A stretch of 63,921 bases of DNA, filler included. It is 5 parts of 5 records of this genome, joined end to end, with 100 filler letters (N's around TTAATTAATTAA, not from the genome) between each part and the next. Parts side by side here need not be neighbours in the genome. Positions count along the whole stretch, not along the records: positions 18,205 to 34,834 come from DRR723986_4849; positions 34,935 to 51,379 come from DRR723986_4857; 3 more parts are not named here. The stretch is one strand, 5' to 3'. How positions within the stretch are numbered: position 1 is the stretch's first letter; each line of letters opens with the position of its first letter. The notes under the pieces are model-generated. The model was not told the DNA's origin. It did no database searches and saw nothing but the letters and a program-made list of their open reading frames with translations. Made by a program: the position numbers and the translations under genes. Below are positions 27,849 through 38,329 of the stretch, one piece after another.

Positions 27849-29054
27849 TCAAAGGGCCTTGCCCTGGGCGGTCAGCTTGGCAAGCCGCCGCTTGCCGTCT
27901 TCCACGGCGTTGCGGATTTCCTCGGAATTCTTGGTCGACATCTCGCGCATTTCGTCGATGATTTCACGCGACTGGACCTGGAAGTTGACGACGGAGTCGA
28001 CCAGCTTTTTCACCGAGGCTGCGGCAACGGTCGGTCCATAGCCGGCTTCGAGTGCCTTTTTCTGCACTTCGTCGCCGATGTCCGCCAGCGTTTCCAGGCT
28101 CTTGTTGATGCCGTCCTTCATGGCATTCAGCGTCTCGGTGCTTTCGTGCAGGCCCTGCAGGCCGGTGAACGAGGCGTTGAGTGCGGTGAGAACGGATTCA
28201 TTGGTGGAGAAGAAACTGACCGACTGGGCGTAAACGCGCTCCTTGGCGTTGGTTGTCTGGACCAGGCGCGCCATGATGACCTCTGACGTGTTGTAGCCGA
28301 TCGTCAGGTTGTCGGAGAGGTCCTTGGCGATCTGATACCGCTTTTCCTCGTCCTGCATTTCACGCAGCTTCTCGTCGCGTGCCAGTTCTAGGCGTGCCTT
28401 CTGCGCCGGGTCGTCACCGGTGTAGGCTTCGACTTCGCCGGAGGCAGCTTCAAGGGCACCCTTGGCAGCGTCCAGTTTGCCGGTTGCGATATTCAGCAGT
28501 TCCAGTGCGGTGACTTCCGCCTGTTTCAAGGCACCGCGGAAATCGCGATAGGCTTCAAGAATGGTCTGTTCCCGCTCGATCTGGTCCTTGGTTGCCTTTG
28601 CAACGTCCTTGTAGGTACCCCGGATATCATCGAAACGATCGGAAATGGTCCCGCGGCGGAAGTCGCGCCACTTGTTGGACAGGTTCTCGGTGAAGGAGAT
28701 CTTGCCGTCGGCAAGCTGATCGACCAGCGCCTTCGCGTCATCGCGGATGGAATTGAACGCCTCGGTGATCTGCTCGTAGCGTTCGCCGATATCCATCTGC
28801 TGCACCTGCGAGCGAACAACCTCGTTGAAATTGGAAGCCTGGGCCAGGGTCCGGGTGATGATCAGCACCTTGTCGGGAGAAAGATCGGTGATCTGTTCCA
28901 GAAGGGCGTTGATCGGTGCATCCTGCTCGCTTTCCGGCGTGATGCCGATGTCGCGGAGGGTCGACAGCGCTCGGTCGAGGTACTGAAGCGGGGAAATGCT
29001 TCCCGCCGGAGCCGTTGCAGTCTGCGGGTTTTCAGGGGTTGCCGCGTCTGTCAT
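27849..29054 (-). CDS. Uncharacterised all-helical coiled-coil protein (TelA-like by inference)
   Basis: 401 aa, no signal peptide or TM helix, long amphipathic helices; strong AAGGAGG RBS. Confidence 0.8.
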   Translation of the reverse strand: MTDAATPENPQTATAPAGSISPLQYLDRALSTLRDIGITPESEQDAPINALLEQITDLSPDKVLIITRTLAQASNFNEVVRSQVQQMDIGERYEQITEAFNSIRDDAKALVDQLADGKISFTENLSNKWRDFRRGTISDRFDDIRGTYKDVAKATKDQIEREQTILEAYRDFRGALKQAEVTALELLNIATGKLDAAKGALEAASGEVEAYTGDDPAQKARLELARDEKLREMQDEEKRYQIAKDLSDNLTIGYNTSEVIMARLVQTTNAKERVYAQSVSFFSTNESVLTALNASFTGLQGLHESTETLNAMKDGINKSLETLADIGDEVQKKALEAGYGPTVAAASVKKLVDSVVNFQVQSREIIDEMREMSTKNSEEIRNAVEDGKRRLAKLTAQGKAL

Positions 29055-29404
29055 GTCTGACCTCCTTGAAGGACGCGGCTTGTTTTCAGGTATTTTGCCG
29101 CAACGTCCTGTTAACGTCATAATTTCGCATGTTAGGGCAGGCTTACGCCACTCTGTCAACGGCTTGGCACGCATTTCGGGCCAAAGCCGGGCAGCCTTGA
29201 AACCTGCCAGAGCCTTTCCTTAGGCCCGTTTTGCGACAAATGTGTTTCCATGGTGAAAGATCTGCCGAAATTCGCGCATAAGCTGATTGTTCGAATCGGA
29301 CCGCGGATGGATGCATAAGCCTTGAAGCCCACCTGGCTTCCCTGGCGAAGCGATCGGACTGCGAACCGGAACCGGGGCCTTGTCCCAAAAGTGATGGCGT
29401 CTTC

Positions 29405-31831
29405 ATGAAGTTTCTCAAGTGTATCGTGCTGGTTCTGGCCTTATCCATCACTTTTTCCGGCGGTATGCCGGCCGGAACGCTGCTTGCCCAGGAGGCCGGG
29501 CAGGTTCCGCCGGAGCCCATCGCGCGGTCGACCGAATTGTTCAACCGGGCGGCAACGGCGCTCGAAGAAAGAAGCGTTTCTCCAAAGACCCTCGATCAGC
29601 TCAGGTCTCAGCTCGTCGAGGTTCGGGACGCCAGTGCGGCGGTCATCGATCGCGGGAACATTCGGGCCAGCGCCCTGCAAGCCCAACTGAACAGCCTCGG
29701 TGCACCGCCCGCAGACGGGCAGAAGGAAGCTGACGAAGTTGCCGCAAGACGTCTCGAGCTTACCAATGCGCTGGCGGCCGCAAATGCACCGGTCCGAGTG
29801 GCCGGTGAAATCAACAATCAGGCTATCTTCTACATTCGCCAGGTCGACAGGCAGCTTCGCGCACGGCAACTTTCGACACTGCTGGACAGGTATCCTTCGC
29901 CGCTTGCGCCGTCGACCTGGGCCGCGGGCTTTCAGGAAATAGGGGAATTCATAAAGCGGTTCGAACGCGGTGTGCAGAACGAGCTGGCCCGCCCAAGCGT
30001 CTCGAAGAAACTGCATGAGACGGTGCCGCTTTCCCTCGGTCTGGCAATTTTCGGGATCTTGTTCCTGACGGTTCTGCAGCATCCGATTTCGCGAGCACTG
30101 AAGCTCTATTGCGAAAAGCCGGCCACCGGTGCAAAGGCGTTGATGCTGGCGGTGCTCTACAATGCCAGCTTTATCGTGCTGCCGACCATCGGTGCCGCCG
30201 CTCTGATCTCCATATTTCCCATTCTCGACATCTATCCGAACTCGGTCCGCACGGCAGTGATCGCCGTGCCGGTGATGGCTCTCGTGATGATCATAGCGAA
30301 CTGGCTGGGGCACACGATCTTTGCCCCCGGGCAGGATCGTTGGCGTCTGCTGGAGCTGGGGGACCGGGAAGCAAAACTCGGGTTGCGTCTCTGCCAGGGA
30401 CTGGGAGTCTTCATGGCCCTTGAAGTGGCGGTCGAGGCATTCGAACTCGATAACGCCTTCGGTACGGCAGCGATTTCGGTGCTTTCGGCTCCCCCCATTG
30501 CGATGGCGGCGGTACTGCTTTGGTCTCTGGCCAGCGTCATCAGATCCAACAAGTCCGTTGAGAGCAATGCCGTGGAGAGCGAGCAGACAGCGGAAGAACC
30601 CGAAGAGGCATCAGTAAAACCCCAGGAATCTGGCTTTCTGCTGTTCTTGTCGCTGCTCATGAAGACATCCGCCGTTCTTGCCGTCTGCGTAACGCTGGTC
30701 GGTTATGTCCAGCTTGCCCGGGTTGCGATCCTGCCGGTAATCATGACGGTTGCGGAGCTCGGTTTCGGCTTCATGCTTTACCATCTCATTCTCGTTGTCG
30801 TGAAAACGGCTATCGGCAAGCGGGAAGACGAGCCCGCTCCGGTCCTCGTTGCCTTTGGGCTGATCTGTGTTCTGACACTGATTTTCGCGCCCCTGATCGC
30901 CATGACTTGGGGCGCACGCGGAACGGATATCGTCGAGGTCTGGTATCTGCTCACAAACGGGGTACAGCTGGGCGACATTCACCTGTCGCTGGACTCCTTC
31001 ATCGTCCTGGTTGCCATTTTCGGCATTGGCGTTGTTGTGACGCGTTGGCTGCAGAACCTGCTGAAGGCGACCGTGCTGCCACAAACGCGGATGGACAGTG
31101 GCGCTCAGAATGCTGTTGTGACGGGCACAGGCTATGTCGGGCTTACGCTGGCGGCTTTGATTGCGATTTCCACCGCCGGATTGAACCTGTCCAGTCTTGC
31201 GGTCGTGGCCGGTGCCCTTTCGGTCGGTATCGGTTTTGGTCTTCAGACCATCGTTTCCAACTTCGTTTCCGGCATCATCCTGCTCATCGAACGGCCGATC
31301 AAGGAAGGGGACTGGATAGAAGTATCCGGGCAATCCGGATATGTCCGCAAGATCTCTGTCCGTTCAACGCGCATCGAAACCTTCGACCGCCATGACGTCA
31401 TCATTCCGAATTCGGAGCTGATTGCCGGCACGGTCAAGAACATGACGCTGACCAGCAAGTCGGGCCGGCTTATCCTGCCGGTTGGCGTTGCTTATGGCAG
31501 TGATCTGGAAAAGGTGAAATCGATCCTGTTCGATGCAGCGCGCGGGCACAGCACGATCGCGCGTTATCCGACGCCGCAGGTTCTTTTCATCGGGCTGGGC
31601 GACAGCTCTCTGAATTTCGAACTGAGATGTTTCCTGAAAGACATCGGCAATGTGATGATTACCAAGTCGGACCTTTACTTTACGGTCTACAACGAGCTTG
31701 GCAAGGCGGGTATCGAGATACCGTTCCCGCAGCGGGACCTGCATTTCAAGGATATCGACCGGTTGGCGGCGGCGCTTGAGCGCCGTCAGGCGCCGGAAGT
31801 GCCTCAACCGGTGGAAGACAAACCGTCCTGA
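29405..31831 (+). CDS. MscS-family mechanosensitive channel with periplasmic helical N-terminal (DUF3772-like) domain
   Basis: GALSVGIGFGLQTIVSNFVSGIILLIERPIKEGDWI; IPNSELI; VGVAYGSD; IEIPFPQRDL. Confidence 0.93.
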   Translation: MKFLKCIVLVLALSITFSGGMPAGTLLAQEAGQVPPEPIARSTELFNRAATALEERSVSPKTLDQLRSQLVEVRDASAAVIDRGNIRASALQAQLNSLGAPPADGQKEADEVAARRLELTNALAAANAPVRVAGEINNQAIFYIRQVDRQLRARQLSTLLDRYPSPLAPSTWAAGFQEIGEFIKRFERGVQNELARPSVSKKLHETVPLSLGLAIFGILFLTVLQHPISRALKLYCEKPATGAKALMLAVLYNASFIVLPTIGAAALISIFPILDIYPNSVRTAVIAVPVMALVMIIANWLGHTIFAPGQDRWRLLELGDREAKLGLRLCQGLGVFMALEVAVEAFELDNAFGTAAISVLSAPPIAMAAVLLWSLASVIRSNKSVESNAVESEQTAEEPEEASVKPQESGFLLFLSLLMKTSAVLAVCVTLVGYVQLARVAILPVIMTVAELGFGFMLYHLILVVVKTAIGKREDEPAPVLVAFGLICVLTLIFAPLIAMTWGARGTDIVEVWYLLTNGVQLGDIHLSLDSFIVLVAIFGIGVVVTRWLQNLLKATVLPQTRMDSGAQNAVVTGTGYVGLTLAALIAISTAGLNLSSLAVVAGALSVGIGFGLQTIVSNFVSGIILLIERPIKEGDWIEVSGQSGYVRKISVRSTRIETFDRHDVIIPNSELIAGTVKNMTLTSKSGRLILPVGVAYGSDLEKVKSILFDAARGHSTIARYPTPQVLFIGLGDSSLNFELRCFLKDIGNVMITKSDLYFTVYNELGKAGIEIPFPQRDLHFKDIDRLAAALERRQAPEVPQPVEDKPS

Positions 31832-31915
31832 CAAGTCTGCCGGGCTTTCAATCCGATTGAAGTGAAAGCCCGACGAATTTTTGGGGTCCAGTTGGTTTCT
31901 CGAGAAAATGTGCCG

Positions 31916-32848
31916 TCAGACCAGTTCAGCAGCAATACGCGCGGCCAGGCGGGCATTGTTACGCACCAGCGCGATGTTGGTGTCGAGGCTGCGGCCGCCG
32001 GTCAGCTCCAGGATGGCGCCGAGAACGAACGGGGTCACGTCCTTGCCGCGAACACCCTTCGCAGTGGCATCCGCGATAGCTGCATCGATGTAGCCGGTCA
32101 TTTCATCCCGCGGGATCTGGTCGGCTTCCGGTACCGGGTTGGCGATCAGGACACCGCCATGATCCGGGAAACGGGACCGCATCTTCAGGAGCGAACCGAT
32201 TTCGGCGGCCGAATTCAGGGAGTAGGGGGCCGTGAGACCACTGGCCCGCGACCAGAATGCCGGCAGTTCTTCCGTGCCGAAAGCAATGACGGGAACGCCC
32301 TTGGTCTCCAGAACTTCCAGGGTCTTGGGAATGTCGAGCAATGCCTTGGCACCGGCGGACACCACACAGACCGGCGTGCGGCCAAGCTCGTCCAGGTCGG
32401 CGGAAATGTCGAAGCTTTCTTCCGCGCCCTTGTGAACGCCGCCGATGCCGCCCGTGGCAAAAACCTTCAGGCCCGCCGCATGCGCCGCCATCATCGTGGC
32501 GGCGACGGTTGTCGCGCCGTAGCGTCCGGTGGCAAGTGCGAAGGTCATGTCGGCACGTGAACACTTCATCACGTCCTTGGCCTGTGCCAGGCGGTCGAGA
32601 TCCTCATCGGAAAGGCCCACCATGATCTTGCCGTCCATCAGCGCGATGGTGGCCGGAACGGCGCCTTCCGCGCGAATATCGGCTTCCACCTCACGGGCGG
32701 TCTCAACATTCTTCGGAAAAGGCATGCCATGGGTGATGATGGTCGATTCCAGCGCAACGACCGGCTTGCCGTTCGCAAGTGCCTCGCGCACTTCATCGCT
32801 GTAAACGATCAGATCCTTGATGGCGGAGGGCGTTGTCGGAGTGGTCAC
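31916..32848 (-). CDS. psuG: Pseudouridine-5'-phosphate glycosidase
   Basis: VVALESTIITHGMPFPKN, GATTVAATM, ATGGIGGVH, DISADLDEL, GKDVTPFVL. Confidence 0.95.
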   Translation of the reverse strand: MTTPTTPSAIKDLIVYSDEVREALANGKPVVALESTIITHGMPFPKNVETAREVEADIRAEGAVPATIALMDGKIMVGLSDEDLDRLAQAKDVMKCSRADMTFALATGRYGATTVAATMMAAHAAGLKVFATGGIGGVHKGAEESFDISADLDELGRTPVCVVSAGAKALLDIPKTLEVLETKGVPVIAFGTEELPAFWSRASGLTAPYSLNSAAEIGSLLKMRSRFPDHGGVLIANPVPEADQIPRDEMTGYIDAAIADATAKGVRGKDVTPFVLGAILELTGGRSLDTNIALVRNNARLAARIAAELV

Positions 32849-32953
32849 GGCGTGTGCCTTTCTGTTTTCGTCCGGCTGCTCGGGCCGGGTCAATTCTGCG
32901 GGTCTTATAGGCGCAAGGCGGAGCAGCGCCAAGATTGAAATTTGTCCATATGG

Positions 32954-33877
32954 TCAAAAGTTGGCGAGGGCATCCCAGGAGAGCTCTTCCGCGAGGGCGC
33001 CGGTGCTGCGCAAGGTCAGGGCTGCAGCTGCAAGGCCAAGAGGGACTGCTTGCTTCAGGCCATAGCCTCTGGCGAGCGCCGCGACTGTTCCGGCAGTTAA
33101 TGCATCGCCAGCCCCGGTGACATCGACGATATCTGTTTGAAGCGGTGCGAACCGGTGAAGTTTCCCGCTTTCGAGCACCAGCACATCAGATGCTGCGCTG
33201 GTCAGGACAAAACTCTTGAGGCCGGTCTGCGACAAGGCCGCCGCCAGGTCTTCGGAAGACGTGCCGCGGGAAAGCCCGGTAAGCGTGACCGCTTCGCCGC
33301 GGTTCAGCATCAGGCAATCCAGTTTGCCGAGAACCCCACGCAGCCGGATTGCCTTGGCATCCGAAACGGCATTGGCAACAAGACGCCCGGGCAAGGCACG
33401 CCCCGTCAACCGGACCAGCATTGCAGCGGGCAGGTTTGCATCCAGAAACCAGATCGTATCGTCCGTCGCGTTTGCTGCAAGATCCGCGACGATACCGTCG
33501 AAGAGATCCTCCGGAGCTTCGGACAGAACACGGTCGTCAACGCAGGCGGCCGCAAGATCACCTGCCGGATTATGCAACGCGAGGTACTGGCCCGTTGCGA
33601 AACCCTTCCGGGCCTTCACATGCAGCACGAGCCCTTCCTGGCTGAGCTGGCGGGAAAGCATGTCGGCAGCGCCGTCTTCTCCAACTGCTCCCACGAGGCG
33701 TGTTCCAACCCCGAGCCGAACCAGCGCACGGGCAATGTTCGTGGCAACGCCGCCCGGCTTTGCGTTCAGCCTCGATGGTGTGGAGGTCTCGGGGCGGATC
33801 GGCTCGCTGGCATGGGCGATCGTATCGTAATGTATCGCACCGATTGCGATGACTGGGGAGGAGATGGCTGAAGTCAC
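32954..33877 (-). CDS. psuK: PfkB-family kinase, probable pseudouridine kinase
   Basis: PGGVATNIA; DVTGAGDAL; co-oriented upstream of psuG. Confidence 0.8.
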   Translation of the reverse strand: MTSAISSPVIAIGAIHYDTIAHASEPIRPETSTPSRLNAKPGGVATNIARALVRLGVGTRLVGAVGEDGAADMLSRQLSQEGLVLHVKARKGFATGQYLALHNPAGDLAAACVDDRVLSEAPEDLFDGIVADLAANATDDTIWFLDANLPAAMLVRLTGRALPGRLVANAVSDAKAIRLRGVLGKLDCLMLNRGEAVTLTGLSRGTSSEDLAAALSQTGLKSFVLTSAASDVLVLESGKLHRFAPLQTDIVDVTGAGDALTAGTVAALARGYGLKQAVPLGLAAAALTLRSTGALAEELSWDALANF

Positions 33878-34083
33878 GTTCTGGACTGTCTCATGAAAAG
33901 CCGGGATCAGAACAGAAGCGTTCGATGCGCCGGTACTGGCAACCGTTAAAGTGGCGGGCTAGCAGATTAAGGCCGGGGCGGCAACCGGCGGCAGGCAAGC
34001 GCCGGTGATTCTGCCCGATCGCGGAATCACGGGATGTTCCGATCAATAGATTACGCTAGGTAAGTTCTAAAATCGATAAGTGA

Positions 34084-34165
34084 GAACATATTGGAAACAA
34101 ACAGCCATTTTCATTTTAATACCAATCGGTTTTGCCGACTTGTCAAATGAGAACAAAATGTGTAC
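34084..34165 (+). promoter_or_regulatory. Alphaproteobacterial LexA (SOS) boxes upstream of recA
   Basis: GAAC-N7-GTAC at 34151-34165 and GAAC-N7-AAAC at 34084-34098. Confidence 0.75.
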
Positions 34166-34216
34166 AAAGGCTCTCATTGAAACGGCGCGTCCATCGTGGA
34201 ATAAGGAGCGTAAGCC

Positions 34217-34834
34217 ATGTCGCAAAGTACACTTCGTCTCGTAGAAAGCAGCCAGATGGATAAGACAAAAGCGCTGGACGCAGCGCTCAGCCAAATCGAA
34301 CGCGCCTTCGGCAAAGGCTCCATCATGAAGATGGGTCAGGGCCAAGTGGTTGAGGTGCAAGCCGTCTCGACCGGGTCGCTCGGACTTGATATCGCGCTCG
34401 GGATCGGCGGTCTGCCGCGCGGCCGTATCGTCGAGATCTACGGGCCGGAGTCTTCGGGTAAAACCACACTTGCCCTGCATGCGGTTGCCGAAGCCCAGAA
34501 GACCGGTGGTATCTGCGCCTTTGTCGATGCGGAGCACGCGCTGGATCCGATCTATGCGCGCAAGCTTGGCGTCGATATCGACAATCTGTTGATCTCCCAG
34601 CCGGACGCCGGTGAACAGGCACTGGAAATTGCTGATACGCTGGTGCGCTCCGGCGCCATTGATGTTCTGGTCATCGACTCGGTCGCGGCACTAACGCCGA
34701 AGGCCGAACTCGAAGGCGAGATGGGCGACAGCCTGCCGGGCATGCAGGCCCGTCTGATGAGCCAGGCTCTTCGCAAACTGACCGCGTCGATTTCCAAGTC
34801 GAAGTGCATGGTGATCTTCATCAACCAGATCCGC
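34217..34834 (+). CDS. recA: Recombinase A, 5' part (cut by contig end)
   Basis: [56 protein letters not shown]. Confidence 0.99.
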
Positions 34835-34934
34835 NNNNNNNNNNNNNNNNNNNNNNNNNNNNNNNNNNNNNNNNNNNNTTAATTAATTAANNNNNNNNNN
34901 NNNNNNNNNNNNNNNNNNNNNNNNNNNNNNNNNN
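34835..34934. other. Artificial contig linker
   Basis: 44 N + TTAATTAATTAA + 44 N. Confidence 0.99.
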
Positions 34935-34935
34935 A

Positions 34936-34962
34936 GTCACCATCGGCGGCTGCGGCGGCTAA
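34936..34962 (+). CDS. soxY: Sulfur carrier SoxY, last codons only
   Basis: GTC ACC ATC GGC GGC TGC GGC GGC TAA = VTIGGCGG-stop, directly upstream of soxZ. Confidence 0.93.
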   Translation, partial: VTIGGCGG

Positions 34963-35059
34963 TCCGCAACAGCGCAAGCGGCTTGTCCGCAGGACCGGCA
35001 CCGGCCTTTAGCCGAAACGCCGCCCGGCAAGCAGATCAGGGATACGAAGGAACCAAATC

Positions 35060-35386
35060 ATGGCAGATCCGAAACCGCGCGTGAAAGTGCCCAAGAAGGC
35101 AGCTGCGGGCGAAGTCATCACCATCAAGACGCTTATCAGCCACCCGATGGAATCCGGTCAGCGCAAGGACAAGGAGGGCAACCTCGTTCCGCGCCAGATC
35201 ATCAACAAGTTCACCTGCGAGTTCAACGGACAGGTGGTGTTTTCCTGTGACATGGACCCGGCCGTCTCGGCGAACCCCTACATGGAGTTCAGCGCCAAGG
35301 TGAATGAAACCGGCACGTTCAAGTTCACCTGGGTCGATGACGACGGCAGCGTCTACGAATCCGAGAACAAGATCACTGTTGAATAG
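35060..35386 (+). CDS. soxZ: Thiosulfate oxidation carrier SoxZ
   Basis: IKTLISHPMESGQRKD...AVSANPY...FKFTWVDD. Confidence 0.96.
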   Translation: MADPKPRVKVPKKAAAGEVITIKTLISHPMESGQRKDKEGNLVPRQIINKFTCEFNGQVVFSCDMDPAVSANPYMEFSAKVNETGTFKFTWVDDDGSVYESENKITVE

Positions 35387-35528
35387 GCGGCAGCCCTGCA
35401 TCTGCGGCTGTGACGTCCGCACGGACTGAAAAGCCCGGGACGGGTGCATCGAGAGTGTCGGGACATCGTATCTGCAGTCGGTTGAAGGCAGGATGTTCCA
35501 GGGATCGCTCAAATCGGGAGGAGACGAT

Positions 35529-36389
35529 TTGGCCAATAGAACGAAACGCATAGCCACCATGTTCGCAGTAACGATGGTCGGCACAAGCGCAAGCCTGGCC
35601 GGGGGGCCGGTTGACGAAAAGCTCGTTATCGACGGGGAAGTGGAGATCATGACCCGTGTACCGGCGCCGGAAGGGCACCCGTTCGATGAACTGATCTCGG
35701 GCTGGCACTACCGCACGGAAGAAACGCGTGATCTGGAGGCCGACAGCTTCCAGAACCCGGGTATGCTCTATGTGGAGCGCGGCGAGGAAATCTGGAACAC
35801 CGTGGACGGTGCCGCGGGCAAGTCCTGCGCCTCCTGTCACGAGGATTCCGAGGAGTTCCTCAAGGGTCTCGGCGCCAGCTATCCCAAGTGGAATGAGGAC
35901 GCCGGCAAGCCTTTCAACATCGAGCTTCAGATCAACCAGTGCCGTGAACAGAACATGCAGGCAGAGCCCTACAAGTTCGACGCGGCCGATCAGAAGGCTC
36001 TGACGACCTACATCAAGCACCAGTCGCTCGGCATGCCGATGAAAGTCGATCTGAGCGAAGGCGAGATGCAGACCTGGTGGGACAAGGGCAAGGAGCTCTA
36101 CTACACCCGCACGGGTCAGCTGAACCTGTCCTGTGCCACCTGCCACGAGAACTACAACGGCAACTACATCCGGGCTGACCACCTCAGCCAGGGCAGCGTC
36201 AACGGGTTCCCGACCTATCGTCTGAAGCAGGCCGACCTTGTCTCCCTGCACAACCGCTTCCGCGGATGTATCCGCGATACGCGGGCAGCCTTCCCGGCAG
36301 CCTTCTCCGACGAGCTGATGGCTCTGGAGGTCTATGTGACCTGGCGCGGCTCGGGGCTCGGCATCGAAACCCCGGCGGTTCGCCAGTAG
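35529..36389 (+). CDS. soxA: Diheme cytochrome c SoxA
   Basis: CASCH and CATCH heme motifs, GFPTYRL, RFRGCIRDTR; TTG start after GGAGGAG. Confidence 0.95.
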   Translation: MANRTKRIATMFAVTMVGTSASLAGGPVDEKLVIDGEVEIMTRVPAPEGHPFDELISGWHYRTEETRDLEADSFQNPGMLYVERGEEIWNTVDGAAGKSCASCHEDSEEFLKGLGASYPKWNEDAGKPFNIELQINQCREQNMQAEPYKFDAADQKALTTYIKHQSLGMPMKVDLSEGEMQTWWDKGKELYYTRTGQLNLSCATCHENYNGNYIRADHLSQGSVNGFPTYRLKQADLVSLHNRFRGCIRDTRAAFPAAFSDELMALEVYVTWRGSGLGIETPAVRQ

Positions 36390-36405
36390 GCTGACCGTTT
36401 AACCT

Positions 36406-36439
36406 CCGGCGCGGTCGCAGCCACCGCGCCGGTTTCTTT
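36406..36439 (+). terminator. Terminator-like hairpin between soxA and soxB
   Basis: CCGGCGCGGT-CGCAGCC-ACCGCGCCGG-TTTCTTT. Confidence 0.7.
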
Positions 36440-36601
36440 CCTGTCGCCGGCGAATTCCCGCCCGGCCAGCAGGCGGAAACAAAGGGCTGAAAACATCAAT
36501 GTCCCGAACGTGGGATAACCGGGGTGCACGGCGTCGTCGTGCCTCAACGGGAAAACTGTGCAACCGGCCGGGCATCGGCCGTTGGTTTGGAGTAACTGAG
36601 G

Positions 36602-38296
36602 ATGTTCTCAAGACGTGAGTTCCTGATGGCGGCAACCGCGACAAGTGCCTTGCTCGGATCGGGCATGGCAGGATCGTGGTCGCGGCTGATGGCCCAGCAA
36701 GCCCTGACGGAAGACCAGCTCCTGGGGATGGACCCGAAAGGCAAGCTCACGTTGGTGCATATCACCGACATCCACGCCCAGCTGAAGCCGATCTACTTTC
36801 GCGAACCGTCCATCAACCTGGGTATCGGCGACGTCAACGGCAAACCTCCACACGTGACCGGTGCCGATTTCCTGAAGCTCTACAACATCGAAGCCGGGTC
36901 GCCGGATGCCTATGCGCTGACCTCGGAAGACTTCGTCTCCCTGGCGAGGAGCTACGGCAAGATGGGCGGCATGGACCGGGTCGCGACCGTGATCAAGCGC
37001 ATTCGCGCCGAACGCGGCGCCAACAACGTTCTCCTGCTGGATGGCGGCGACACCTGGCAGGGCAGCTACACATCCAACGTCACCCAGGGCGAAGACATGA
37101 TCACGATCATGAACTCGCTCGAGCCCGACGCCATGACCGGGCACTGGGAATTCACCTACGGCACCGACCGGGTTCAGGAAGTCATCGACAGTCTGCCCTT
37201 CGCCTTCCTCGGCTCCAACATCTACGACAACGAATGGGACGAGCCCGCCTTCGAAGCCTGGAAGATGTTCGAGCGTGGCGGATCCAAGGTCGCCGTCATC
37301 GGTCAGGCTTTCCCGTATACGCCGATTGCCAACCCGCGCTGGATGATCCCCGGTTGGTCCTTCGGCATCCGCGAGGAAGACATTGCCAAACATGTGACCG
37401 AAGCTCGCGACGAGGGCGCTGAAATCGTCGTGCTGCTGTCGCACAACGGCTTTGACGTCGACCGGAAGCTCGCCTCGCGCGTTGACGGTATCGACGTCAT
37501 CCTGACGGGCCACACGCACGACGCCCTGCCGGAACCGGTCATCGTCAATGACACGCTGGTGATTGCCTCCGGCTCCAACGGCAAGTTTGTCTCCCGGGTC
37601 GATCTCGACGTTCAGGACGGCAAGCTGGCCGGGTATGCCTATCGCCTGATCCCGATCTTCTCCGACGTCATCACGCCAGATGCGGACATGGCTGCGCTCA
37701 TCGATGAGGTTCGCGCGCCTTACGAGGCGGACCTCGCCCGCGTTCTCGGCAAGACCGAGAACCTTCTCTACCGGCGCGGCAACTTCAACGGCACCTTCGA
37801 CGATCTGATCTGCCAGGCACTTCTGACCGAACGCGACGCCGAAATTGCCCTCTCACCCGGCTTCCGCTGGGGGACATCGCTTCTGCCGGGCCAGGACATC
37901 ACCTTCGAGGATGTCCATAACGCCTGCGCCATGACCTATCCGACGGCTTACCGTTCATCGATGACGGGCCAGATGCTGAAGGACATTCTGGAGGATGTCG
38001 GCGACAACCTCTTCAACAAGGACCCCTACTACCAGCAGGGTGGTGACATGGTCCGCGTTGGCGGCATGGGCTACACCATCGATCCCGGCAAGGAAATCGG
38101 CGAGCGCATCTCGGGCATGACCCTGCTCGCCACCGGAGAAGCCATCGACCCCGCCAGGGAATATGTCGTTGCCGGCTGGGCTTCGGTCAACGAGGGCACG
38201 GAAGGCCCGCCCATCTCCGAAGTCGTTGAAGCCTATCTCACAAGCAATCCCGTGGTCAGTCTGCCGGACAACCAGTCCGTCAAGCTGGCAGGATGA
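36602..38296 (+). CDS. soxB: Thiosulfohydrolase SoxB
   Basis: Tat motif SRREFL; DIHAQLKPIYFREPS, DGGDTWQG, HWEFT, LSHNG, GHTHD, YQQGGDM. Confidence 0.97.
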   Translation: MFSRREFLMAATATSALLGSGMAGSWSRLMAQQALTEDQLLGMDPKGKLTLVHITDIHAQLKPIYFREPSINLGIGDVNGKPPHVTGADFLKLYNIEAGSPDAYALTSEDFVSLARSYGKMGGMDRVATVIKRIRAERGANNVLLLDGGDTWQGSYTSNVTQGEDMITIMNSLEPDAMTGHWEFTYGTDRVQEVIDSLPFAFLGSNIYDNEWDEPAFEAWKMFERGGSKVAVIGQAFPYTPIANPRWMIPGWSFGIREEDIAKHVTEARDEGAEIVVLLSHNGFDVDRKLASRVDGIDVILTGHTHDALPEPVIVNDTLVIASGSNGKFVSRVDLDVQDGKLAGYAYRLIPIFSDVITPDADMAALIDEVRAPYEADLARVLGKTENLLYRRGNFNGTFDDLICQALLTERDAEIALSPGFRWGTSLLPGQDITFEDVHNACAMTYPTAYRSSMTGQMLKDILEDVGDNLFNKDPYYQQGGDMVRVGGMGYTIDPGKEIGERISGMTLLATGEAIDPAREYVVAGWASVNEGTEGPPISEVVEAYLTSNPVVSLPDNQSVKLAG

Positions 38297-38329
38297 CGCC
38301 TTTTCTTCAGAGATCCTGAGGACACGATC

